DNA from: Macrostomum lignano
Taxonomy: Eukaryota
Reading direction: 5' to 3'
DNA: 64,000 nt
Assembly (NCBI GenBank): GCA_002269645.1
Contig: NIVC01000759.1
Coordinates: 62,001 to 126,000, forward strand
Part shown: positions 23,921-35,400 of the stretch, piece after piece
Layout of the letters: every line of letters starts with the position of its first letter
How positions within the stretch are numbered: position 1 is the stretch's first letter
Program-made: the position numbers and the translations under genes
Notes under the pieces: generated by a model
Told to the model about the DNA's origin: nothing
The model's database searches: none
What the model saw: only the letters and a program-made list of their open reading frames with translations

Positions 23921-24379
23921 AAATATGAATTGTAGTCAATTGACTTAAACTTTGTCAGAATAAGGAAGCGCTCTAGCCTTGATTAGTCAAGGCCGGCTAG
24001 CAGCTTGTATTGCTTAAGGCAACCAGAATTCCTATGGAGCGCGAGTTCTAGGCTTAAAGGGATCCACCAGGTTGGAGCGAAGACGATAAAATAAAGCAGC
24101 AATGCTAGTGCTAGTAAAAACGAAACTAGAGATTGCGCGATGAACGGACAACGACTGCAAGACAACACTGATTTCGACGATACCAACTTCAGGCTCTTAC
24201 TGAATAACAGTAGTCTCGAATGCCAAATGCCTTTCTGCTTTAGGAATTTTGAGATTTGAAGTCTCAAAAGGAGCAGCTAGATATGAAAGATTTCGGATTG
24301 GAAAATTGAAACTCCAAAGACAGAATACTAAAAACTAAACCGCAAATTCATTGGCCTCCCAGTTTGCGTAGCTTTCTGT

Positions 24380-25500
24380 CGTGCGATGTAGTCGGCGCAG
24401 GTGCAACCTTCGATGAGCGCTTTACCAGGCCTTTAAAATAAACATTCGTAAGCCGACGACTTATACTGCCGTGTCTATGGAGCCGTCGCACTTCAGTGCT
24501 GCAACAACCTTTTCATTGAAGACTTGGAGAGCGAGTTTTACCTTCGTTTTTCTGTATGCTTGAACTGAAGGATAGCAAGCTTCGTAGGTTAATTCCGTTC
24601 GTTTGACAACGTGATATTCTTCTGTTTTGTACAGTCGGATCACGTCCATCCATTCGGCCGATATATTAACTGTCTGCACCTGGCGGTTGAATAGTTAAGG
24701 TTCCATTGGATTCAGTTTGCCAATTGTTGCAAGTCTCGAATCAAAACTGGCGTATGCATAATGAATGCGCGAACGGAGAAGTTTAGAGCAATAAAAACTG
24801 TCTGTCTGTCCGTCTGTATCAAGCACGAAGGGGGAAAGCCAGAGAAGACAGAAGGCGGATCTTTCGATCTTTCATGTCGACCATTCTTTAACATGGGGTG
24901 TCACTTGGCCAGTGCCTTTGGGCATATGTCCATGTGTTCAGTCACTTTCTATTGTAGAATGGTAAATTTTATCGCAGTGGTTATTTTTTACAATTAGTTT
25001 GTATTAAATTCATCCACGCATACCAGCGTATGATCGCTTAGAATTAACATCCTTCTTACCTCGAAATATTTGGTAGGGTTTGTCTCCAACGCTCCCGTTG
25101 CTCCGCAACAGCTAACCCTCCCCCAAGCAATGTATTTAATGCTTGTTTCAGTATCGTGAGTGGAAACTAATGAGCAAGCAAGAAGTTCGGTCACTCGTTG
25201 TGGAATCCTGATCACGTGATCACCAGCCGGTTATTGAACTCTTAGAGCAGCTGCTGCCAAGCATTCTGAACTGTCTTTCTCATCTTTTCAGCATTCTGCA
25301 GGGCTCGATGAGGTTCATGTCTACGTAGATAGACTTTGGCGTCCTATTTGATGTGGGAGGTGCTTTGCACAACCCTCGCAGCAACTGCCTTCGAACTTAT
25401 TCGAATTACCGATGGCATGCAAAACTTTTCGGCCATGTGGCAGCGTAGTGTAGGTGGTTTAGCTGTTGCTTAGTGTAGTTCTCGTTGCTAGACGCGGCTT
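24380..25500 (-). mobile_element. P-element/THAP9-like transposase remnant
   Basis: DTP(H)MLKNGR and LTYEACYPS...KVKLALQVFNEKVVAAL resemble conserved P-superfamily motifs; heavily broken. Confidence 0.55.
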
Positions 25501-25996
25501 GCCACTGTTTGGTAATTGAGTAGGCACTGTAAGAGCTGTCAAAATAGCTTTTACCGTGTAGCCAAATTCAGTGTGTGCCCAATTCACCTTTCCAATTTGT
25601 CATACCTTAGCAACTCTGTGTACATTACTCGTACCCGCCCCAAAGTCAAGAACTTAATGTACAAAGTGGTTGGATGAATGTACAGCCACCTGACCTTATC
25701 TCTGCCTAACTCTGCCGGCCAGAGTGACTCAAACTCCAGCACTGCAAACAAGTGCAAACAAGCCACACTGGTTTGTAGCCGGTTTCTCAAAAAAACTATT
25801 CGACCAAAATCCGACAGAACGTGCGCAGCCTACCGGCTTATCAATTGGCTATTCTCGTCATGGCTCATGCGTTCCATTTTTGTGAAGTCTCGGCCGATTC
25901 ACAGGCCTCCAAATAGCATTGCGTCCCTCGCTAAATTGACTTTACCTGCATTGCTAACTCGTCACTCGCTCAGTGCTTCAATTCAACCAAGAGAAA

Positions 25997-28900
25997 ATGC
26001 AGAAGCCGCAGCAGTACAGCTGGAAGGACACCAATTTGGCCCTGTTCGGCTCCGATGAAGAGCGAAAGGTCAAGAGTAAGTAGGAAGCTGAGGAAAATTG
26101 TGTTAAATGAATCTTGTCCCAAAATAAAAGTTTTCCAGGTAAAATTTCTTGGGACACTCTTGGGTAAGAGTGTCCCAAGGTAATAGTGTTTCAAGGTAAA
26201 TGTTTCGCAGGTAAAAGTGTTCCAGGTAAAAGTGTTTCAGGTAAAAGTGTTCCGGGTAAAATTGTTCCAGGTAAAAATGTTCCAGGTAAAAATGTTCCAG
26301 GTAAAAATGTTCCAGGTAAAAGTGTCCCAGGTAAAGGTATCCCAGGTAAAAGTGTCCCAGATAAAAGTGTCCCAGATAAAAGTGTTCCAGGTAAAAGTGT
26401 TCCAGGTAAAAGTGTCCCAGGTAAAGGTATCCCAGGTAAAAGTGTCCCAGGTAAAAGTGTCCCAGGTAAAAGTGTTTCAGGTAAAAGTGTTCCAGGTAAA
26501 AGTGTCCCAGGTAAAGGTATCCCAGGTAAAAGTGTCCCAGGTAAAAGTGTTCCAGGTAAAGGTATCCCAGGTAAAAGTGTCCCAGGTAAAGGTATCCCAG
26601 GTAAAAGTGTCCCAGATAAAAGTGTCCCAGATAAAAGTGTCCCAGGTAAAAGTGTCCCAGGTAAAAGTTTTCCAGGTAAAAGTGTCCTAGCAGGTAAAAT
26701 TTCTCCAGTAAAATTCCCATCGCCTTTGAATCTCCTGCAGAGGAGGCCGCCGAGCTGGAACCGGCCTGGGCGGAGGTGCTGGAGTGCTCGGAGCCAAAGC
26801 TGTTCGTGTGGCGAATTGAGGCAAGTATCGATGATTGGCAGCTCTGTTGAGTAGCGTTCGATCCGCCATTGTCACCTGCGCCTACTCACTCTCCAGCAAT
26901 TCAAGGTGGCCAAGTGGGAAAGCGACCTCTACGGCAAGTTCTTCGATGGCGACTCCTACATCGTTCTGAACGTGTACCAGGAGGAGGACGAGGACAAGCT
27001 GTGCTACGACATTCACTTCTGGATTGGCGTGCACAGCACCGCCGACGAGTACGGTACGGCGGCCTACAAGACTGTGGAGCTGGACACCCTGCTGGACGAC
27101 CGGCCAGTCCAGCACCGGGAGGTGCAGGGCCACGAGAGCGACCTGTTCAAGAGCTACTTCCCGGAGATCACCTACATGTCTGGCGGATGCCCCAGCGGCT
27201 TCAACAAAGTGCACACGAGGGAGTACACGCCGCGGCTGTTCCACTTTAAAGGCGAGCGGCGTAACATCATCGTCAAGGAGGTGAGTTCTCTGAGGCCAGC
27301 CTTCGATTCTTGTCATTTTCTTGTCAGCCTCGGCTCTCGGCATTCTCTTCTCAATCTCTTAACAGCCTCAATCTTTTTTCTTTCTCAGTTCTTTTGCTCC
27401 GCCTTCTGTCCGCCCCGCCCCCTCTTACCCATCCCTTGTTCCCCATATCCTTTTCTTTCCATACCCTATTCCCCATTCCTTCTTCCCGTCTTTCAGTCCC
27501 ATCAGTCTGTGCCTCCTGCACCCCAATCAATGCAACCAATTTTATTCCTTCCTACGGAAAGATTAATCCGTCACTTTGCTGTGTATTCACCTGTTCACAG
27601 GTGCACCGTCACCTACTCGTGTATTCACCTGTTCACAGGTGCACCGTCACCTACTCGTGCATTCACCTGTTCACAGGTGCACCGTCACCTACTCGTGCAT
27701 TCCCTTGTTCACAGGTGCATCTTCAATTTGTAATTATTTCTATCTTAAACATTACATCTTAAACTGTTCTAAAACATCCACACCCTCTCATAGGTCACAA
27801 TGTCCCGCAAAGCCCTTGACGAGACCGACGTGTACATCTTGGATCTCGGAGACCGCGCCTACCAATGGAACAGCCGCGGCTGCAACAAGGACGAGCGATT
27901 CAAAGCCGCCCAGTACCTGCGCAAGCTCTGCGAGGAGAGGAACGGTCGACTGGACACCGAGGTGCTGGACCAGGACGACGCTGAAGAGGAGGTCGGTGGC
28001 TGAATCTGCTGCTAATCCTGCGCCTCTGATTCCTGCTGCACTGCCAATGCGTTTAGTTTGAACCTCTTTGACCCATCCCTTCACCCCATCCCTTAAACCC
28101 ACCCTTCAACCCCATCCCTTCAACCTAACCCTTCAACCCCACCCATTCAACCCCACCCATTCAACCCCACCCCTTCAACCCCACCCATTCAACCCCACCC
28201 CTTCAACCTCACCCCTTCAACCCCACCCCTTCAACCTCACCCCTTCAACCCCAGCCTTGCAACCCCATCCCTTCAATCCCACCCCTTCAACCCCATCCCT
28301 TCAACCCTATCCCTTCAACCCTATCCCTTCAATCCCACCCCTTCAACCCCACCCCTTCAACCCCACCCCTTCAACCCCATCCCTTAAACCCACCCTTCAA
28401 CCCCATCCCTTCAACCTCACCCCTTCAACCCCACCCCTTCAACCTCACCCCTTCAACCCCAGCCTTGCAACCCCATCCCTTCAATCCCACCCCTTCAACC
28501 CCACCCCTTCAACCCCACCCCTTCAACCCTATCCCTTCAACCTCACCCCTTCAACCCCACCCCTTCAACCCCACCCTTCAACCCCACCCCTTCAACCCCA
28601 CCCCTTCAACCCCACCCCTTCAACCCCACCCCTTCAACCCCATCCCTTCAACCCCATCCATTCAATCCCACCTCTTCAACCCCACCTCTTCAACCCCATC
28701 CCTTCAACCCGAAGTCGACCTGAATTCTAAAAATATTAAACGCATGCATGCATACATGTACGTGAAGACCCCAGACTGAGCTCACAGCAGACATCCCCAT
28801 AAAAACTGCAGCACGAGTTCTACAACAGCCTGACGGACGAAGAGCTGGAGCCGATCAGCGACCTCGAGCAGGCCTCCTTCTCCATGGCCTTCTCCCAGCC

Positions 28901-29619
28901 AGACAAGAGCGTCTACAGGTGAGATTGCTGTTTAGGACTTCAAATACTCGAGTCAGTCGGTCATTTGCACTTTTAATTTCTGACATCGCCATGCAGGCTC
29001 TCGGGCGAGAGCGGCTCGCTGGAGTTCTCCGAAGTGTCTCGCGGACCCGCGGCCTCGCGCGGCGCCGTCACTGAGGAGGTAATTAGTGAGGCTATTCTGG
29101 TCATTGGTGCAGCTATAGTCTGGTCATTGGTGCAGCTAGTCTGGTCATTGGTGCAGCTAGTCTGGTCATTGGTGCAGCTAGTCTGGTCATTGGTGCAGCT
29201 AGTCTGGTCATTGGTGCAGCTAGTCTGGTCATTGGTGCAGCTAGTCTGGTCATTGGTGCAGCATCCCCTTGTTTTACTTCCCTCTCAGGACGTGTTCATA
29301 ATCGACAACGGTCATGAGATCTACGTCTACGTCGGCGAGAACGCGTCCCCCGACGAGATTCACAACGCGCTCACCTACGCTCACGTGAGTGAATCAGTCA
29401 ATTCTATTGCTGTTTCTAAAAATAGAAACATTTTATTTGCGATGACTAACAACAGTACTGTCAGTAGCGAGCAAAACATTTAACAACAAAATTTGCCGTC
29501 CGAAACCGAATTCGCAGAAATACGCCAACGAGCTGTCCAACCCACTGCTGCCGCTGACTGTCGTGAACAGCAAGGCGCCCGCTCGCACCCGCAGAGCCTT
29601 CGAGTCCGTCTTTGACTAG
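25997..29619 (+). CDS. Three-domain gelsolin/severin-like actin-severing protein, 8 exons, 375 aa
   Basis: Exons 25997-26075, 26741-26820, 26897-27280, 27794-27991, 28812-28918, 28997-29078, 29289-29384, 29518-29619 are all phase-compatible. Motifs YSWKDTNLALFGSD, WRIEQFKV, FFDGDSYIVL, DIHFWIG, QHREVQGHES, DVYILD, DVFIID. AATAAA at 29873. Confidence 0.92.
26166..26700. repeat. 15-bp minisatellite CCAGGTAAAAGTGT(T/C) in gelsolin intron 1
   Basis: About 33 copies; explains the pseudo-ORFs GKSVP/HFYLG. Confidence 0.95.
27581..27720. repeat. 38-bp tandem repeat with internal palindrome CACCTGT-TC-ACAGGTG
   Basis: About 3.7 copies in gelsolin intron 3. Confidence 0.9.
28070..28710. repeat. 14-bp C-rich minisatellite (TCAACCCCACCCCT)
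   Basis: Degenerate array in gelsolin intron 4. Confidence 0.93.
29097..29261. repeat. 21-bp minisatellite CTGGTCATTGGTGCAGCTAGT
   Basis: About 8 copies filling gelsolin intron 6. Confidence 0.93.
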
Positions 29620-30020
29620 CGCGGCCTCGCCAGTCTCTGTCTCTGAACAAAATGATTTTTCTCCCCAGCTAATTGATCCGCTGACAAGATTTTATCCGCC
29701 TAAAAAGTTCCCCAGTAACAGTTTCTCTGTAGCCCCTTAAAGTGCAATACTTGGTGCGCTCTGTCGCACTGAATTTATTTTATTCAAGATTACCCGTTCT
29801 TACTGATTAAGACCCACGTTCTGAGTTTTGAGCTGTTATACCTTTCTGAGCTAAGTGGCTTCTACGAGCTTAAATAAAAAAAATCATAAATAATGCCGCC
29901 AGTTTTCCCTATAGTCTGTTGCTAAATCATTCCTTGGTGCGTTGAAGCACAAAGAAAAATTAGTTTTTGAAATCTTTTTTCTTAGAAAAAAACTTTTTTA
30001 TTCAGCTGTACAGTAAAGCG

Positions 30021-30290
30021 GGTCGTAGCCGAGTGGTTAGAGCGTCGGAGTCACGACTTGAAGGTCGAGGGTTCGATTCTTGATTCCATTGGAACAATTT
30101 GTGTCTTTGAGTAAGACGCAAAATTCTGCATTGTCAGTTCACCCAGCTGTAAAATGGGTGCCAGCATTAGCTGGGGTAATTGAGGGTGTGTAGCGACCCT
30201 CCAGTCCATGGACTGAACAGCCGTACTCAGCTTTCAGATGCGCCGCGCGGCTGAGCTGTCGGTTGTGCATCTGGTCCCATTGGGGCAGGT
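30021..30290 (+). mobile_element. tRNA-derived SINE, family 1
   Basis: A box TAGCCGAGTGG (30026), B box GGTTCGATTCT (30070), CORE-like body TGTGTCTTTGAGTAAGAC...CAGCTGTAAAATGGG. Second copy at 36185-36426. Confidence 0.85.
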
Positions 30291-30317
30291 GAAATAAATT
30301 TTTACTATTATATCAGC

Positions 30318-30840
30318 TGTACAGACAGACAGTAATACAGTCAGCACTGACAGCAATGACAGCATTGACAGACAGTACTGATAGCAATTACAGACAGTAC
30401 TGATAGCAATGACAGACAGTACTGACAGCAATGACAGACAGTACTGACAGTAATGACAGACAGTACTGACAGCAACGACAGACAGTACTGATAGCTATGA
30501 CAGACAGTACTGATAGCTATGACAGACAGTACTGATAGCTATGACAGACAGTACTGATAGCTATGACAGACAGTACTGATAGCTATGACAGACAGTACTG
30601 ATAGCTATGACAGACAGTACTGACAGCTATGACAGACAGTACTGACAGCAACGACAGACAGTACTGATAGCTATGACAGACAGTACTGACAGTAATGACA
30701 GACAGTACCGACAGTAATGACAGACAGTACTGACAGCAACGACAGACAGTACTGACAGCAACGACAGACAGTACTGACAGCAACGACAGACAGTACTGAC
30801 AGTAATAACAGACAGTACTGACAGTATTGACAGACAGTAT
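30318..30840. repeat. 22-bp minisatellite GACAGACAGTACTGA(C/T)AGC(A/T)AT
   Basis: About 23 copies. Confidence 0.95.
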
Positions 30841-31329
30841 AGTGGACTTTTAACCTTCTCGCGTGATCCGTCTTCCACTGCACCGAGTATTCCGGGTAGG
30901 CACATCGCGCTCCCCCCCGTGAGGGAGCCAAGTTCTCAAGTTATCAGAGCGGATGCTGAGTAGGAGAGCTCTGGCGAATAATTTATGAGATCGGGTATTT
31001 GCGCCGCCAGGTGAGGCTGAGATATACAGGCTCATCGGTAATGTTTGCTCAAGCAAAACCACTTTAGCAGCGAGCTGCCCCATCGTAAAAAATGAGTTCA
31101 GACGCTACATTCGAACTCAAGCAGCCCTCGATGGGGCGCCTCAGCTGCCGTCCCAGATGCGCATCCGAGTCTAAATTTGTGTTCAGTTGATTTACGACTA
31201 ACATCCTTGAGGCTGATCGCTTTTGAGTGAATTCATCCTGGATCTGAGCGAGAGATGGCCTGATCGCACAAACTCGCCTTGTTTGATGCACCTGGGATGC
31301 TTTGTTGATATTCGCACAGTGATCAGTGA

Positions 31330-31925
31330 AGAGTGCAGATCATGTGGCTCAAGGCTCAGACTGTGTATGCAGATCATGTGGCTCAAGACTCAGACTGTGT
31401 GTGCAGATCATGTGACTCAAGGCTCAGACTGTGTGTGCAGATCATGTGACTCAGACTGTGTGTGCAGAGCATGTGACTCAGACTGTGTGTGCAGAGCATG
31501 TGACTCAGACTGTGTGTGCAGAGCATGTGACTCAAGGCTCAGCTGTGTGTGCAGAGCATGTGACTCAAGGCTCAGCTGTGTGTGCAGAGCATGCGACTCA
31601 GACTGTGTGTGCAGAGCATGTGACTCAGACTGTGTGTGCAGAGCATGTGACTCAGACTGTGTGTGCAGAGCATGTGACTCAAGGCTCAACTGTGTGCGCA
31701 GATCATGTGACTCAAGGCTCAGCTGTGTGTGCAGATCATGTGACTCAAGGCTCAGACTGTGTGTGCAGAGCATGTGACTCAAGGCTCAGACTGTGTGTGC
31801 AGATCATGAGACTCAAGGCTCAGACTGTGTGTGCAGATCATGAGACTCAAGGCTCAGCTGCGTGTGCAGATCATGTGACTCAAGGCTCATGCTGTGCATT
31901 CAGCGCAGGTGACTCAAGGCTCAGG
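31330..31925. repeat. 25-34 bp variable minisatellite (CAGAG/TCATGTGACTCA[AGGCTCA]GACTGTGTGTG)
   Basis: Two unit lengths interspersed. Confidence 0.93.
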
Positions 31926-32454
31926 CTACACCTGTATACTAGGTGACACAATCGGCCACGTTCAGCTCGCTCAAAAAGGCTTTTGTAAGTACGGGCGTAC
32001 TTGGATTCAAGAGCACTCTATTCTGGCTAAACTCGACTCAGCTGATGAAAACAACCTCAACTGTCTGAAATTACTAAGCCAAGAAAACAAAAGGCGTGGA
32101 GGCTCTTTTCTATCGCAAGCAACGGCAGCTCTTACCTGTAAATTTCAAGTCTAAAAATAAAAGGAAAAGCAAGTAAGGCAGTGCGCTACACACGCCTGCA
32201 GTGCAGTGTGCCCGCATTCAACCGCTGCCACCCCCTCATTGTGCGCGGGGCCAGCCCATTGGGAAACTGCAATAATAAGCAGGGCTGGGCTGTACAACTC
32301 AGAGAACACACTCTGATGACCTCATTACTAAAATAACACTCCTTCGCCTGAGGGGAACAGCAGAGAGATTGAGACAAGATAGACTGAGCCACTAAGCCTC
32401 CACTCACAGCAAAACAGCCCTTCAAACCGCCTGCCCAGCCAACTTTGCCCCAAG

Positions 32455-35400
32455 ATGCTCAATGGCCACTCTTCCAGACAGCCGGGCGACGATTATTTTC
32501 ACGGCGACTCGGCCGTCAGCGAGTTCTCGCTGCACTTGGACTCAACTGAGCCGGCAGCCGCTGCCGCAGCTGTACTCGTCTTCCGGCCCGGCCAGCAGCT
32601 CACCGGCCGAGTCCTCCTGCGGCTGCTGCGTCCGCTGAAGGTGCGCAATCTCGACCTGCTGGTGCGCGGCTGCGGCCATGTCGGCTGGGGCCTCGGCGGC
32701 GGCCATTTCGTTCAAGACGACGAGGTGTACATCAACGACATAGCCGAGCTGGTGGCCACGGGGCCTGGCGAGGTCGCGACGCTGCAGGCCGGAGAGCACG
32801 AGTTCCCCTTCTCCAGCCGCCTGCCGCACCACCTGCCATCGACTTTCACCGGCAGCTGCGGCAGCGTGGCCTACTCAGCCAAGGCCGTCATGCAGGCCGA
32901 TGGCGACGCAGACGGTCCTTGGAGCGCCGTTGAGGCGTTCAGCGTCGAGAGCCTTCTTGAGCTAGAAGATCACTCCGAGTTGATGCAGCCCTGCATTGTT
33001 GACGCCCGAATGGCGGTTGGTGGCAGCAGGTGCGTGAAGGCCTCCCTGTCGCTGCCGCGGCGGGTGTACGCTCCAAGCGAGTACATCAAGATTGACGCCA
33101 CCGTGAACAACCGGTCGCGGAAGGCCATCAGCCGGCTGTGCGTCGGGCTGATGATGGAGTGTCTGTACCAAGCTGGGGGGCAGCAGCAGCACCGGGAGAC
33201 CCTGCTGGTCACCGACAGGACCGACGAATACCGCATCGGCCACTTGGAGGGTAATCGAGTGACTGGCTGAGCTGGTAGGGGAGTGACTGGCTGAGCTGGT
33301 AGGGGAGTGACTGGCTGAGCTGGTAGGGGAGTGACTGGCTGAGCTGGTAGGGGAGTGACTGGCAGAGCTAGTTTGGGATCGGACGAGTCTGTTTGATTCT
33401 ATCAAAAATTCTGTAACTACTTTACAATCAACCGCCAGAGATCTGGTAGCCTGTCAGAGAGTGATTGGTTCAGAAGCTGGCAGCTGAGGGAAAAAGTCAC
33501 GTTAGGAGGTTAGTGATTTGCATGCCGATTCAGCGCAGCTTTCTTTTTTCGCTCTGATGCCTCAGTTGAGTAATTGCTTGTCGCGTGTATTTGGACCAGC
33601 TAGCAGATCTCGCCCACGTTTTCCACGCAGCAACAAGATGCAGTCGAGCGAGTCAGCCTCCCTCATACACTTAATAAGCATCGCCAGTAATTGTTATCCC
33701 GCTTAGTCTGGCGATGAGGCTGTTGGCGCTGTGAAGCTGCCCCCCCCCCTGTGATGTTTGGGCGCCGCCCCCCGCTGTGAAAAGCCCGAATTCTGCTGGC
33801 TGCTGTTCGGTTTTCCCGCTTTCTGGGGACTTCGCCAGCACCGTGAGCTGCTGCTGCTTGCTAATTGCAGCGCGCCTCTTCCCAGAGGTGACGACTTTTC
33901 GTCCCTAAGCGCACACAGGGAGTCCAGGGAAAGCGGCTCCCCTCCCTTCCTGTAGCGAAAGCAGCAGCAGCTGGGATCCTGGCTTAGGCCTGAGCGCGGT
34001 GTTGCCAGGGCCTGCTAAAAATTGTCAGCGCTTGTGTCGAGGCAGAAATTCTCCCCACCCCCCTTTTAGTCCAGGAAAGATGTTTGCTTCCGTCGGACAT
34101 GATGGGAATTGTCAGTCTATGCATCCCGGCAGGCCTTGTCTCATCGAGAGCCACTCATGGAGCAGAAGTTCTCGAGAGATTGGCAGGGAATGAATGAATC
34201 GATATGAATGGAGACTCCCGTCCCGGATGAGATTCGGGTAGCTAAATCTGAGACTTAATCGCGCGTTCTCTCAAGTGAAAAGCAGCCCGAGTTTCTTGGA
34301 GTCAGTTCTCAGGCAGCAAGGCCTCCACCTGAACTTTGTGGGAGTGCAGGCGACTCGCGATCCCTTGAAAACAGACTCCTTCATCATATAGCAACAGCTG
34401 TAGGAACTGCTCCAAGAGAAGACTTCAAGTCAGGGGTCGGCAAACTGCGGCCCGCGAAGCCTCTCTATCCGGCCCTCGGGTCCTTTGAGACTTTAAAATA
34501 GCAATCCGGCCCTCGGGTCCTTTGAGACGTTAAAATGGCAATCCGGCCCTCGGGTCCTTTGAGACGTTAAAATGGCAATCCGGCCCTCGGGTCCTTTGAG
34601 ACTTTAAAATGGCAATCCGGCCCTCGGGTCCTTTGAGACGTTAAAATGACAATCCGGCCCTCGGGTCCTTTGAGACGTTAAAATGGCAATCCGGCCCTCG
34701 GGTCCTTTGAGACGTTAAAATGGCAATCCGGCCCTCGGGTCCTTTGAGACTTTAAAATGGCAATCCGGCCCGCTCAAGGTTCATGTCTCTTCTCTCCTCT
34801 CTCTTCTTTTCCCTCTCCTCTTTTCTCTCCCCTCTCTTCTCTCCTCTATTCTCTCCCCTCTCTCTTCTATCTTCTCTCTCTTCTCCCCTCTCTCCTCTCC
34901 TCTCTTGCTCTCTCTCCTCTTTTCTCTCTCTTCTCTCCCCTCTCCTCTACTCGTATCTGCTGCATTTTCTCTCATCCCATCTCTCTTCTCTCCTCTCTCA
35001 TTTTCTACGAGCTCGCATTCCCTCTTCTTTCTGCTCTCATCTGGCCCGCTGCCATGAGCTGGTTTCTTTATCTGGCCTTGAGGTAAATAAGTTTGCCGAG
35101 CCCTGCTCTAAGCCCATTTTCGACCGCATTTTTGAGATTCAAAGCACCTCCCGGACACTAATTAGTGACCTTGGGACTTCTGGCCTGTAGGAGGACGGAA
35201 CCATATGGTTGCCCGCACACTCTTGGCCTGTAATCCAGTCCGCCTGCCTCTCTCCAGTGTTCTTCATCCAGTGCGAGGTCTTAACCTCTATCCCTCTCTG
35301 CTACCCCACTGCTAACTCTGCCCGTCACGTACTTTAAGCAGTATTGAGGCCGTAGACTTGCATGTCCGTAGGGCTGGAAAATGTTCGTTTCTTAGAAAAT

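Noticed and set aside
26103-26854. Long repetitive ORFs (GKSVP, HFYLG) and the similar ORFs at 35602-36415, 38201-39483, 40009-41277, 43110-44581, 46110-47177, 48376-49171 and 60250-61186
   Set aside because: They are translations of intronic or intergenic minisatellites lacking stop codons; several overlap in multiple frames and lie inside introns with good splice sites.
30021-30095. tRNA gene candidate
   Set aside because: A and B boxes are present, but there is no acceptor-stem closure or T-run terminator, and it continues into a body shared with a second copy, so it is a SINE head.
30850-31310. Possible LINE (CR1/L2) 3' fragment
   Set aside because: Only a vague NTRSHKL resemblance; no RT motif could be read.
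34757-35190. Hydrophobic Leu/Ser-rich ORFs resembling membrane proteins
   Set aside because: Translation of the CT-rich low-complexity tract inside the hAT MITE.
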